Notes: generated by a model from the letters alone, not told the origin. A stretch of 45,588 bases of DNA from Syntrophus sp. GWC2_56_31 (GCA_001829875.1 MICN01000115.1:1-45588); one strand, 5' to 3'; numbered from the stretch's first letter, positions 15,414-25,400 are shown. A program made the numbers and translations.

Positions 15414-16808
15414 TCACAGCCCGTACTTCTTTATCTTTTTGTACAGATGCGTTCTGTGTATGCCGAGCAAGGCGGCGGCGGCGGTCTTGTTGTTGCCCGC
15501 GGAGGCAAGAGCGCTGATAATGGCGTCTTTTTCCGCCGCGTCCATGACACCCACGAGGGAGGTGCGCACAGCGCCTCCCGCCGCCTCTTTGCCCGATCGC
15601 AGAAAAAAAGGGATATCGTAAGGCTGGATGGTGTCCCGTTCCAAAAGGCAGGTCACACGGCTGAGCACATTGACCAGTTCTCGGATATTGCCGGGCCAGT
15701 CGTAGTTCAGCAGTATCGCTTCCGCTGCCGGGTGAATCTTTATTTCCGGGAAGGAGGTGTTCTTGGCTATGCCCGCAAGCAGGGCTTTCGCTATGATAGC
15801 GATGTCGTCCCGCCGTTCTCTGAGCGGCGGGATATGGAAACGTATGACGTCGAGACGGTAAAAAAGATCCTTCCGGAATCGGCCGTCGCTCACCATCTCC
15901 TCGATGGGTTGATTGCTCGCGGCGATAAGCCGGAAATCCGATTTCACCGGGGCAACCCCGCCGATGCGCTCCAGCTCTTTTTCTTCCAGCACGCGCAGGA
16001 TCTTGGGTTGCATTTCATAAGGCATGTCGCCGATCTCGTCGAGGAACACGGTGCCTTTGTCGGCGAGTTCGAGTTTACCGTACTTGCCCGATGAACCGGC
16101 GCCGGTAAAGGCCCCTTTTTCGTACCCGAAGAGTTCCGATTCGAGCAGATCCCTGGGGATGGATGCGCAGTTGAGGCGGACAAAAGGATGCAGCCTCCGA
16201 TGGCTTCCGTTGTGAATGGCCTGGGCGAACATCTCCTTGCCCGTGCCCGATTCGCCGGTAATGAGCACCGGAAAGTTTGTCGCCGCCGCCCGCTGCGCCT
16301 CTTTTTTCAGGTTCAAGATCAAGGGGTTTGTTCCAAGGATACTGTCGAAGGTGTACCGTTCCGCGCGGAGCGTAAGCAGCTCCTCTTCGACCATCTTGAG
16401 TTTGGACTGCAGAAAGGCGAGTTCCTTGGCGAGTTTGCCGACATCGCTGACGTGCTTGAACATGACCTGCCCGAAGACGGCGACCACCTTGCCGTCCCGC
16501 TTGATGGGGATGCGCTGGACCACCATGTTCTGTCCCCTGATCTTGTGCGCCTTGTTGATTTCAGCCTCCCCGGTCTTCGCCACGATGTGCATCCGGGTAT
16601 TTTCCACCACCTTTGTGGCATGTTTTCCTATCTGCTCGGCCGGATCGATCCCCAGAAACATGCCGTAGGGTTTGTTGAAAAAGATGACATAACCGTCCGC
16701 ATCGGTAACGATAACGCCGTTGTAGATATTGTCCAGAATGAGTTCAAGCAGAGCGAGACGGTCTTTCGCAGCGGCGCCGTTTCCCCCGACTGAGCCTTTT
16801 CCCTGCAT
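15414..16808 (-). CDS. sigma-54-dependent transcriptional activator with N-terminal PAS domain
   Basis: PAS-like N-terminus (IYNGVIVTDADGYVIFFN), AAA+ Walker A GESGTGKE, GAFTGA sigma-54 contact loop and a C-terminal Fis-type HTH (AAALLGIHRTHLYKKIKKYG). Confidence 0.92.
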   Translation of the reverse strand: MQGKGSVGGNGAAAKDRLALLELILDNIYNGVIVTDADGYVIFFNKPYGMFLGIDPAEQIGKHATKVVENTRMHIVAKTGEAEINKAHKIRGQNMVVQRIPIKRDGKVVAVFGQVMFKHVSDVGKLAKELAFLQSKLKMVEEELLTLRAERYTFDSILGTNPLILNLKKEAQRAAATNFPVLITGESGTGKEMFAQAIHNGSHRRLHPFVRLNCASIPRDLLESELFGYEKGAFTGAGSSGKYGKLELADKGTVFLDEIGDMPYEMQPKILRVLEEKELERIGGVAPVKSDFRLIAASNQPIEEMVSDGRFRKDLFYRLDVIRFHIPPLRERRDDIAIIAKALLAGIAKNTSFPEIKIHPAAEAILLNYDWPGNIRELVNVLSRVTCLLERDTIQPYDIPFFLRSGKEAAGGAVRTSLVGVMDAAEKDAIISALASAGNNKTAAAALLGIHRTHLYKKIKKYGL

Positions 16809-16986
16809 GGGCCTGTCCTCTTTTCTGTCTCTCGACGTATACAGTGGATCGTACCCGTATCTCTACACAATGTATCAAATATCCTACATGACGCGATGAT
16901 ACACCCTGTCTCCCGGTAAAGGCAAGTAGAAAATAATCATTTGAAACCATTCCATTATTTTCATATCCTGCCCTGCCGATAAAAAG

Positions 16987-17002
16987 TGGCACGGGCTTCG
17001 CG
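16987..17002 (+). promoter_or_regulatory. sigma-54 (-24/-12) promoter
   Basis: TGGCACGGGCTTCGCG: the GG (16988-16989) and GC (17000-17001) have the canonical spacing, with one mismatch to TGGCAC-N5-TTGC. It is about 84 nt upstream of the SDR ATG and is the only intergenic TGGCAC I saw in the window. Confidence 0.6.
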
Positions 17003-17084
17003 TACCATAGCGACACACGCCCCGCAGGGGGCGCTTCGACAAGAATTCACTTTGACAACTTTGAAGCTACTCAGAAGGTGAGCC

Positions 17085-17930
17085 ATGACTGCATATATCA
17101 GGGAACCCGAGATACGGCAGGAAGATATCCTGAAGGTGGCGGACAAGGATTTCAACATCAATAACGTCTGCATCGTCACCGGCGCGGGCAGCGGCATAGG
17201 GAAGGCGACGGCGATCGCCGCCTCCGCGAACAACCTGATGACCGTAGGGCTCGATATCGACGCCGCGGCGGGGAAGAAGACGCAGCAGCTCGCCCGGAAG
17301 ATGGGCGGTCAGATGATCTTCATCAAGACCGACCTCACCAAGGACGGCGACATGGAGTTCGCCGTCCGGGAGGCCGCCAAACTCGGCAGCATCAGATACC
17401 TCACCAATATCGCCGGTATCCAGCATATCGATTCCATCGACAACTTTCCGATGGCAAAATATGACCAGATGATGAGCATCATGCTGCGGGCCCCCTTCTA
17501 CCTTTCCAAGCTTGTCATCCCCCATTTCAAGAAGAACGCCGACGGCAAAGGGGTGATCGGCAACATGAGCTCCGTCCACGGCCACATCTGCACCCTCAAT
17601 AAGCCGGCATACAACATCACCAAATTCGGGCTTCGCGCCCTTTCTCAATCGATTGCGGCGGAGGGCGAAGGGAGGATACGCTCCTTCACGGTGAGCAGCG
17701 GCTTTGTAAAGACGCAGCTTGCCCTGAATCAGATCCAGGCCCAGGCCAAACAGCGTCATATCACCCCCGAGAGAGTGGTGAAAGACGTGATGATGGGTAA
17801 ATCCCGGATCAAGGAGATGATGTCGCCCGTGGAGGTCGGCAATCTGTTTATTTTCGGATACTCGCGCTTTGCAACCTACCTCAACGGCGGCGATCTCCTT
17901 TTTGACGGGGGAATGACGCTGACATATTGA
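17085..17930 (+). CDS. short-chain dehydrogenase/reductase (SDR)
   Basis: Cofactor motif VTGAGSGIGKA, catalytic S...YNITK (YxxxK); 281 aa. Confidence 0.9.
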   Translation: MTAYIREPEIRQEDILKVADKDFNINNVCIVTGAGSGIGKATAIAASANNLMTVGLDIDAAAGKKTQQLARKMGGQMIFIKTDLTKDGDMEFAVREAAKLGSIRYLTNIAGIQHIDSIDNFPMAKYDQMMSIMLRAPFYLSKLVIPHFKKNADGKGVIGNMSSVHGHICTLNKPAYNITKFGLRALSQSIAAEGEGRIRSFTVSSGFVKTQLALNQIQAQAKQRHITPERVVKDVMMGKSRIKEMMSPVEVGNLFIFGYSRFATYLNGGDLLFDGGMTLTY

Positions 17931-18017
17931 TTGGGAATTGTGGTCCCTAAGACGGGCACGCGGTGATTGATTGGAAACAGATTTCAAATCTTTACCCACA
18001 AACAAGGAGGGAATAAA

Positions 18018-19256
18018 ATGGATCTCAGAAAAACAACAGCGTTCTTCGTAACGGTTATTACATGTGTATTCTTTTTTGGCATGACCGGCGCCAAGGCAGC
18101 GGAACCATACAATCTCGGCGTAGCGCTCGGTCTCACCGGCGCAGGGGCATTGTACAGCGCCGACGGGGTAGAGGGAATCAAGCTGGCGGTGGAAGAGATC
18201 AACGCCAAGGGCGGCTTTCTCGGCCGGCACAAGATCGAGCTTTTCGTACGCGACAGCCAGACCAAGCCCGATGTGGGGGTCCGTGAGGTGAAAGACCTCA
18301 TCCTCAGGGACAAAATCAGGGCCGTCATCAACGACTATTCCAGCGCGGTGGCAATGGCGGTAAAACCAATTGCGCAGGAGTACAAGGTGCTCCATATCGC
18401 CTCCATCAGCAACTCCGAAAACATCACGAAAATCAACCCCAGCCCGTACACCTTCCAGGTGGTTCCCAACACCTACATGCAGGCCAAGGCCGTTGCCGTC
18501 GCGATTGCGAAGATGGCCAAAGCGAAGGGCTGGAAGGAGTATATCACCATCGCCTCGGATTATGAATGGGGGAGATCGACACAGGCGGAAACAGTCAAAT
18601 TCCTCAAAGAGACTGCGCCAAATCTCACACTGAAGAAAGAGTTCTGGCCCCGCCTGGGCGAGGCGCAGTTCACTTCCTACATCACCGGCATCATGGCCAT
18701 GAAACCCGATTTCGTCGTCGGCAGCATCGCATCCAATGATAACGTCGCGTGGATGGAACAGGCAAAGACATACGGGTTCTTCGACAAGATCCCCTATCCC
18801 GGTTCGCTGATCACCGTGACCGAGCTGCAGCTCCAGGCAAAGACGCTCCCCCGCAATATCATCGCACTGACCAGGGGACCGTTTTTTGCGCACATGGACA
18901 TCCCGATGATGGCCGATTTTGTCAAAAACTACCGCGCGAAGTACAACAAGTTCCCCAGCGACTGGGCCGTCCTTAGCTATGACGCCGTATATGCGCTGAA
19001 ACAGGGCGTTGAAAAAGCCAAATCGATCGAAACCGAAAAAGTGAAGGATGCGATGAAGGGGATGACGGTCAACCTGACAAGGGGCAAGCTGACCTTCCGG
19101 CCAATAGACAATCAGTTAAGCTGCTCGTCCTACACGGGCACGATCGCCGACGACCCCAAGTACCCGTTCCCGATCTACAAGGATATCGTCGAGATCAAAG
19201 GCAGCGAAAGCGAACGTCCCGAGAAAGAGATACTGGAAGCCAGAAAGAAAAAATAA
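18018..19256 (+). CDS. ABC transporter periplasmic substrate-binding protein (Leu/Ile/Val-binding, type 1 PBP family)
   Basis: Start at MDLRKTTAFFVTVITCVFFFGMTGAKAAEP (signal peptide) with AAGGAGGG RBS at 18003-18010. LivK-like body (GVALGLTGAGALYS..., AVINDYSSAV). Confidence 0.9.
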   Translation: MDLRKTTAFFVTVITCVFFFGMTGAKAAEPYNLGVALGLTGAGALYSADGVEGIKLAVEEINAKGGFLGRHKIELFVRDSQTKPDVGVREVKDLILRDKIRAVINDYSSAVAMAVKPIAQEYKVLHIASISNSENITKINPSPYTFQVVPNTYMQAKAVAVAIAKMAKAKGWKEYITIASDYEWGRSTQAETVKFLKETAPNLTLKKEFWPRLGEAQFTSYITGIMAMKPDFVVGSIASNDNVAWMEQAKTYGFFDKIPYPGSLITVTELQLQAKTLPRNIIALTRGPFFAHMDIPMMADFVKNYRAKYNKFPSDWAVLSYDAVYALKQGVEKAKSIETEKVKDAMKGMTVNLTRGKLTFRPIDNQLSCSSYTGTIADDPKYPFPIYKDIVEIKGSESERPEKEILEARKKK

Positions 19257-19273
19257 CCCCTGGGGAAACCGAT

Positions 19274-20158
19274 GTGGATATCACCTCGCTGTTTACGCAG
19301 TTTCTAAGCGGACTGACCTACGGCACGATACTGTTTCTCGTTGCCGCAGGTCTGTCCCTTATTTTCGGCGTCATGAACATCCTCAACTTCGCCCATGCGG
19401 CCCTCTGGCTCATGGGCGCCTATTTTTCCTACACCTTCTGGAATCTCATGCAGGAGCATTCATTCGCGTTCTGGCTCAGCATACCGCTGGCCGGCTTTGC
19501 CGCAGCAGCGGTGGGCTGGCTGATGGAGGTCGTGCTGATCAAGCGGATCTACAAGCGTGAACTGTACGAGCAGCTTCTCATTACCTACTCCGTAGCCCTG
19601 ATATTGAGCGATACGATCAAACTCACATGGGGCGTCACGAACAAGCTGATCGTCCGACCCGAGATGCTTCGCAAGCCGGTCTTCATATTTGGAGCGCCTC
19701 TCGATTCCTACTTCATCTTCGTCATCCTTGCCGGGGCCGCCGTGGCAATCGGGCTATGGTGGTTTCTGAAATACACCCGCTACGGCCATATCGTCAAAGC
19801 CGCCGTCTACAGCCGGGAGATGGTCGGCGCGCTGGGCATCCCGATTCCTCAGATCGACACATGGGTTTTCACGCTGGGAATATTCTTGGCCGGTTTCGCC
19901 GGGGGGATACAGGCGCCGATCGGCTCGATCACGCTGGGCATGGATACCGCCATCATCATCCAGGCGTTTTGCGTGGTGGTGATCGGCGGATTCGGCAGCC
20001 TGATGGGAACCCTCGTCGGCTCGCTGATTGTGGGGGAGGTCCTCTCCTTTACGATCCTCTTCTGGCCCGAGGGGGCGATGGTCCTGATTTTTGTAATCAC
20101 CGCCGCCATCCTGATCGTGCGACCCTGGGGACTGTTCGGCACACCGATGAGGACATGA
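19274..20158 (+). CDS. livH: branched-chain-amino-acid-type ABC permease (LivH family)
   Basis: GTG start. Polytopic membrane protein with the LivH-like N-terminus FTQFLSGLTYGTILFLVAAGLSLIFG. Symbol is a family-level assignment. Confidence 0.88.
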   Translation: MDITSLFTQFLSGLTYGTILFLVAAGLSLIFGVMNILNFAHAALWLMGAYFSYTFWNLMQEHSFAFWLSIPLAGFAAAAVGWLMEVVLIKRIYKRELYEQLLITYSVALILSDTIKLTWGVTNKLIVRPEMLRKPVFIFGAPLDSYFIFVILAGAAVAIGLWWFLKYTRYGHIVKAAVYSREMVGALGIPIPQIDTWVFTLGIFLAGFAGGIQAPIGSITLGMDTAIIIQAFCVVVIGGFGSLMGTLVGSLIVGEVLSFTILFWPEGAMVLIFVITAAILIVRPWGLFGTPMRT

Positions 20159-20161
20159 CCG

Positions 20162-21133
20162 ATGAAAAACAAATACTTTTTCGCTACTATCCTGTTTATG
20201 CTCGCGGTCGTTTTGCCTTTTATCGTACCCGTGTTCTGGGTTCATGTGCTTACCGAGATCCTCATCCTTGGGCTTTTTGCCGCCAGCTTTAACATGATCT
20301 TCGGCTACATGGGGCAACTTACCTTCGGCCATGCCGCCTACTACGGCATCGGCGCCTACACGACGGGTCTGCTGATGGTGAAGGCCAATGTCCCGATGCT
20401 TGCCACCCTCCCGCTGTCCATGCTTTCGGCGGGTCTCTGCGCCGCCCTACTGGGCTATTTCTGCGTCAAACTCCGGGGCATCTACTTTGCCATCCTTACG
20501 ATGGCCTTCGGGCAGCTCGTCTATTACATCATCTTCCAGTGGTACTCCTTCACCGGCGGCGACAACGGCCTGCAGGGCATCGTGCCGCCTGAGTTTCTCG
20601 GTAAGGCGGCCAATCCCTACTACTTCTTCACGCTGATCGTCGTCACGATCGGGATGATTGCGCTCTGGATCATCAGCGAGTCGCCTTTCGGCTACACGAT
20701 GCGGGCGATCCGCGACAACGCCGAACGAACCGAATTCATCGGCATCAACGTCCAGCGGTATATGCTTCTCAACTTCATCATCGCCGCGATGTTTGCCGGG
20801 CTTGCCGGCGCGCTCTGGGGGCCCTTCAACCGCAGCGTCGCCCCGGATCTCACCAACTGGATGCATTCGGGGATACCGGTGTTCATGACGGTCATGGGCG
20901 GACCCTTCAGCTTCCTCGGGCCGCTGGTCGGTTCCGCCATATACACCTTTCTGATGGCCACGGTGACCAGCTTTACCGAGTACTGGCCCCTGGTGAGCGG
21001 CGTCATCATTATCCTTGTCGTGCTGCTGATGCCGGGCGGATTCCTGGGGCTGATCGACGAAAAATTCCCGTTTCTGATGCGGAGGGGTAACGGCACAGGA
21101 AAAACGGACGGACAAGGACGGCAGGAACGATGA
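20162..21133 (+). CDS. livM: branched-chain-amino-acid-type ABC permease (LivM family)
   Basis: Polytopic; GQLTFGHAAYYGIGAYT motif typical of LivM. Family-level assignment. Confidence 0.88.
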   Translation: MKNKYFFATILFMLAVVLPFIVPVFWVHVLTEILILGLFAASFNMIFGYMGQLTFGHAAYYGIGAYTTGLLMVKANVPMLATLPLSMLSAGLCAALLGYFCVKLRGIYFAILTMAFGQLVYYIIFQWYSFTGGDNGLQGIVPPEFLGKAANPYYFFTLIVVTIGMIALWIISESPFGYTMRAIRDNAERTEFIGINVQRYMLLNFIIAAMFAGLAGALWGPFNRSVAPDLTNWMHSGIPVFMTVMGGPFSFLGPLVGSAIYTFLMATVTSFTEYWPLVSGVIIILVVLLMPGGFLGLIDEKFPFLMRRGNGTGKTDGQGRQER

Positions 21134-21888
21134 ACGATACGGACCCCACCATTTTGAAGATCAGCGGACTGAGCAAGTCGTTCGGCAAGTACGCCGTGCT
21201 CACCGATGTCAACTACAGCCTCCAGAAGGCAGAAATCGCGGCCATCATCGGACCCAACGGCGCCGGCAAGACCACCTTTTTCAACCTCATCACCGGCTAC
21301 CATAATGCCGACAGCGGGACGGTCCTTTTCCAGGGCAGGGCGATCACCGACTGGCCGCGCCACCGCATCGCCCGCGCCGGCATCAGCCGCGCCTTCCAGG
21401 TGAGCAACATCTATCCGCGCCTGACGACGTACGAAAACGTCCGGCAGGCCATCCTGGCGCAGAAAAAGCGGACGCTCGACATCTTCACCCCGGCCAGCGG
21501 GCTCGCCCGGGAAAGCACGCTTGAACTGCTGGAGCTGACCGGGCTTCTGCCGAACCGGGACACCGTTGCCGGAATCCTCTCGCAGGGCGACAAGAAGAAA
21601 CTCGAACTGGCGCTCGCGCTCGCGGGAAAGCCGGAAATGCTTCTTCTCGACGAACCCACGGCCGGCATGTCGTCCGAAGAGACGCACGAGACGATGGAAC
21701 TGGTGAAACGCCTCAATGCCCAGATCGGGCTTACGATCCTGTTTACGGAACATGACATATCGGTCATCTTCGGCTATGCCCGGAAGCTGTCGGTGTTGTA
21801 TCAAGGGATCCTGATCGCCGAAGGGACCCCCGAAGAGGTGAGAAGAAACGAAGAAGCGCAGAGGTGCTATCTCGGTGAGGACATATGA
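21130..21888 (+). CDS. livG: ABC transporter ATP-binding protein (LivG family)
   Basis: Walker A GPNGAGKTT, signature LSQGDKKKLE, Walker B LLLDEP. ATGA overlap with livM. Confidence 0.92.
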   Translation: MNDTDPTILKISGLSKSFGKYAVLTDVNYSLQKAEIAAIIGPNGAGKTTFFNLITGYHNADSGTVLFQGRAITDWPRHRIARAGISRAFQVSNIYPRLTTYENVRQAILAQKKRTLDIFTPASGLARESTLELLELTGLLPNRDTVAGILSQGDKKKLELALALAGKPEMLLLDEPTAGMSSEETHETMELVKRLNAQIGLTILFTEHDISVIFGYARKLSVLYQGILIAEGTPEEVRRNEEAQRCYLGEDI

Positions 21889-22592
21889 TACTGGAAGTTT
21901 CGGGCATAAACACGTATTACGGCACAAGTCATATCCTTTTCGACCTGTCGCTGCACATGAAACGCGGCGAGTTGGTGTGTCTGCTGGGCAGGAACGGCTC
22001 GGGCAAGACCACCACGCTGCGCAGCATCATGGGCCTCACGGCCCCAAAGACGGGTAAGGTGCTCTTCCACGGCGAGGACCTCCGGGGCAAGCCTTCCTAT
22101 ATGGTCGCCCGCAAGGGCATCGGCTACGTCCCCGACAACCGTCTGATCTTCCCCGACCTGACGGTGCGCGAGAACCTGGAGATCGCCCGAAAAAACTCCG
22201 AGCATTACACGGGCGAGCCCTGGACGGTGGAAAAGGTGTATGAGAGCTTTCCCCACCTGGAAAAGCTGGAAAAACATCTCGGAGGGCACCTGAGCGGCGG
22301 CGAACAGCAGATGCTCACCATCGGCAGGACGCTCATGGGCAATCCGGAACTGATCCTCCTCGACGAACCCGTCGAAGGGCTGGCGCCCCTGATCGTCAGG
22401 GATTTCGCCGAAAAGCTCATCAAGCTCAAAGAGATGGGCGTCACCATTCTCTTTTCCGAGCAGAACATCCGGTTCTCCCTCGCGATTGCCGAGCGAGCCT
22501 ACGTCATCAACAAAGGCAGGATAGAATACGAAGGCACGATCGCCGAGCTGAGCAGCAATGAAGAGATCAAGAAGAAATATCTGATGATATGA
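21885..22592 (+). CDS. livF: ABC transporter ATP-binding protein (LivF family)
   Basis: Walker A GRNGSGKTT, signature LSGGEQQML, Walker B ILLDEP. Overlaps livG by 4 nt. Confidence 0.92.
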   Translation: MILEVSGINTYYGTSHILFDLSLHMKRGELVCLLGRNGSGKTTTLRSIMGLTAPKTGKVLFHGEDLRGKPSYMVARKGIGYVPDNRLIFPDLTVRENLEIARKNSEHYTGEPWTVEKVYESFPHLEKLEKHLGGHLSGGEQQMLTIGRTLMGNPELILLDEPVEGLAPLIVRDFAEKLIKLKEMGVTILFSEQNIRFSLAIAERAYVINKGRIEYEGTIAELSSNEEIKKKYLMI

Positions 22593-24247
22593 TCCATGGG
22601 GAACCCATGCTGAGCAAAAAGGGCAGTTATGACGAGCTGTATCGGAGTTTTCGCTGGCCGATCCCCGAGTACTATAATATCGGTGTGGATGTCTGCGACA
22701 AGTGGGCGGATGAACGTTACCGTCTTGCCCTGATTTACGAGGACGAGAGCGGCCGGACCGAGAAATACGCCTTCTGGGACATTAAGAACCTCTCCAACCG
22801 TCTGGCCAATGCGTTTCGGGCCTACGGAATCACCCGCGGCGACCGGGTCGCCATTCTCCTCCCGCAGTGTCCGGAGACGGCCATTGCGCACATCGCCATC
22901 TACAAGCTCGGCGCCATCGCCGTTCCCCTTTTCACGCTGTTCGGCCCCGATGCCCTCGAATACCGTCTCGTAAACAGCGGAACGAAAGCGATCATCACCG
23001 ATGGGGCCAATATCGAGAAGGTTCTCCAGATCCGGGATCGCCTGACCGATTTGCAGCTCCTGTTCGTCACCCGGGGGAAACCGGAGGCCGGCGTTATCGA
23101 TTTCTGGGGGGCGCTGGAAAAAGGTGCAACCCGTTTAGACCCGGTCCCGACGAAAGCGGACGACCCGGCCCTGATCATTTACACATCGGGCACCACCGGC
23201 CCGCCGAAGGGGGCCCTCCACGCCCACCGCGTGGTCCTCGGCCATATACCCGGCGTCGAGTTTTTTCACAACTTTTTTCCCAAAAAAGAGGACGTCTACT
23301 GGACGCCGGCCGACTGGGCCTGGATCGGAGGGTTGATCGATGTCCTCCTGCCGAGCTGGCACCACGGCGTGCCGGTCGTCGCCTACCGTGCCAGAAAATT
23401 CGACCCGGAACAGGCTTTTCACTTCATTGCCAAATATGGAATCCGTAACGCCTTCATGCCGCCGACCGCTCTCAAAATGATGCGGCAGGTGAACGATCCC
23501 CAAAAACGCTATGATTACAGTATGCGGACGATCGGCAGCGGCGGCGAGACCCTGGGCGAAGAGCTCCTCGACTGGGGCCGCCGGGTCATGGATCTGGAGA
23601 TCAACGAATTCTACGGCCAGACCGAAGTCAACCTCGTCGTCGGAAACTGCTGCGAAATCATGCCCATCCGCAAAGGCTCGATGGGAAAGCCGATCCCCGG
23701 CCATCGCGTGGAGATTGTCGATCACGAGGGAGCCATCCTCCTGCCGGGCACGGTCGGCGAGATCGCCATCCTCCGCCCCGACCCGGTCATGTTCCTCAAC
23801 TACTGGCGAAATGAGCAGGCCACACGGGAAAAGTTCATCGGCGACTGGTCGCTCACCGGAGACCTCGGGAAGAAGGATGAAGACGGCTACCTATGGTATG
23901 TCGCCCGAAGGGACGATATCATCACCTCCTCCGGCTACCGAATCGGCCCCGCGGAGATCGAGGACTGCCTGATCAGGCACCCCGCCGTGGCGATGTCCGC
24001 TGTCATCGGAACACCCGACCCGGTCCGGACAGAGCTCGTCAAGGCTTTCATCGTCCTTAAACCGGGGACGCCGGTCACCGAAGATCTGGCTACGGATATC
24101 AAGGAGTTTGTGAAGACGCGCCTGGCCGCCCACGAGTATCCGCGGGAGATCGAGTTCGTAACCGAACTCCCGATGACGACCACCGGCAAGATCATCCGGG
24201 GCGAGCTGCGCAGGAGAGAAATCAATAAAAGTCTGCCCAAGAAGTGA
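22589..24247 (+). CDS. AMP-forming acyl-CoA synthetase (medium-chain/aromatic acid-CoA ligase-like)
   Basis: AMP-binding motif IIYTSGTTGPPKGA, GETLG, YGQTE, and C-terminal PMTTTGKI. Start at 22589 (ATGA overlap with livF) or 22607. Confidence 0.9.
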   Translation: MIHGEPMLSKKGSYDELYRSFRWPIPEYYNIGVDVCDKWADERYRLALIYEDESGRTEKYAFWDIKNLSNRLANAFRAYGITRGDRVAILLPQCPETAIAHIAIYKLGAIAVPLFTLFGPDALEYRLVNSGTKAIITDGANIEKVLQIRDRLTDLQLLFVTRGKPEAGVIDFWGALEKGATRLDPVPTKADDPALIIYTSGTTGPPKGALHAHRVVLGHIPGVEFFHNFFPKKEDVYWTPADWAWIGGLIDVLLPSWHHGVPVVAYRARKFDPEQAFHFIAKYGIRNAFMPPTALKMMRQVNDPQKRYDYSMRTIGSGGETLGEELLDWGRRVMDLEINEFYGQTEVNLVVGNCCEIMPIRKGSMGKPIPGHRVEIVDHEGAILLPGTVGEIAILRPDPVMFLNYWRNEQATREKFIGDWSLTGDLGKKDEDGYLWYVARRDDIITSSGYRIGPAEIEDCLIRHPAVAMSAVIGTPDPVRTELVKAFIVLKPGTPVTEDLATDIKEFVKTRLAAHEYPREIEFVTELPMTTTGKIIRGELRRREINKSLPKK

Positions 24248-24608
24248 CCAAGCCGAAACATCTGAAAATATTGATCGGGTTTTGCGGCAGATGCGCTTGC
24301 GTAGCCGGTTCTACCCGTAATGCGCAACCGCGATTGCGGGCAATATGAAGTCCGCCGGTTACCGTGTTCAGGAAGTTACGGATACCCACGCTCATTTAAA
24401 AAATCAGCCCTATAACACCGTACATTTAAATGGTTATCCGCAAATCGAAAGAAAGTCCACCAAATTGTTTCCCTTCGAGTATTCGGGATCATGGGGAAGA
24501 ATGGCGTGAACCATGTTTTCCATCTCTTGATAGCTGTATGGCAAATCTTCTCCGTTGTCTGGGTTTTTCTATTGACAAACAATGACGTTCGCATGTTTCA
24601 GCCAGAAA

Positions 24609-24710
24609 TCAATGGGCTATTCCTAAATACACGGTCTGCAACTTGCTCTTGGATTTGGCAATTAGGGTAGAGAGCACTTTCTTGGCTTTGACAGATGGCC
24701 ACCGGTTCAT
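24609..24710 (-). pseudogene. possible hicA-like toxin gene remnant
   Basis: Minus-strand ATG at 24710 gives MNRWPSVKAKKVLSTLIAKSKSKLQTVYLGIAH then a stop. The WPSVKAKKVL start resembles HicA N-termini as I recall them. The frame then collapses and neighbouring frames carry short unrelated fragments. Weak. Confidence 0.25.
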
Positions 24711-24776
24711 ACAGCCCTCTCCGGCGCGCCCTTTTCGGAATGCCTAAAAAGAGTAAGCTCTGATTGTCGCTTTGCG

Positions 24777-25388
24777 TCAGACGGGCAGCCGCCGCTCATC
24801 CGCCGGAACGATGATCCCCTCTTCCGTAACAATCCGCTGCGCTTTCGCGTCGTAGAGGCCTGTCGGAACCTCCGGCACGATCTGGCAGGCGAAGACCGCC
24901 CCGATCCGCGCCGCCCGCGGGGCTTTCGGCAGGAAGCGGTCGTAGTAGCCGCCGCCGTAACCTACCCGGTATCCCCGCCGGTCAAAAGCGACAGCGGGGA
25001 CGAGGACCGCATCGATTTCTCCAGGCGTGACAACCCGGGGCTGATCGGCTTTCGGTTCGCGGATCCCATAGTGGCCCGTCTCAAGCTCGTTGAAACTGTC
25101 GATCAGGCATGGCGTCATCTCCCGGCTCTCCGGATGGCAGAGGGGAACGACGATCCGATTCCCCGCCGCCCACCCCCACTCGATCAGCCCGTCGGTCACG
25201 ACCTCGCTTCCGAAATTGAGGAAAACCATCAGCGTGGAGGCCTCCCGGATCTCCCGGAGTTCCATCAGCCGCCGAACGATCTCGCGGCTCTTCGCCGCAA
25301 TCGCCTCTGTCGGCATCGCATTTCTTATTGTCATGATCCTTTTTCGGATCTCCCTCTTGTCGGTCATCTCATCCATTTTCAAATCCAT
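24777..25388 (-). CDS. 5-formyltetrahydrofolate cyclo-ligase
   Basis: KREIRKRIMTIRN..., FGSEVVT, GIREPK and VPAVAFDRRGYRVGYGGGYYDRFL are family hallmarks. 12 nt downstream of the uvrB stop. Confidence 0.87.
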   Translation of the reverse strand: MDLKMDEMTDKREIRKRIMTIRNAMPTEAIAAKSREIVRRLMELREIREASTLMVFLNFGSEVVTDGLIEWGWAAGNRIVVPLCHPESREMTPCLIDSFNELETGHYGIREPKADQPRVVTPGEIDAVLVPAVAFDRRGYRVGYGGGYYDRFLPKAPRAARIGAVFACQIVPEVPTGLYDAKAQRIVTEEGIIVPADERRLPV

Positions 25389-25400
25389 CTCTACCCCCGC

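Noticed and set aside
24376-24594. 72-aa minus-strand ORF in the AT-rich gap.
   Set aside because: The peptide is implausible (W/F/R/T-rich, no motif) with no RBS. The region shows fragments in several frames, consistent with decay rather than a functional gene.
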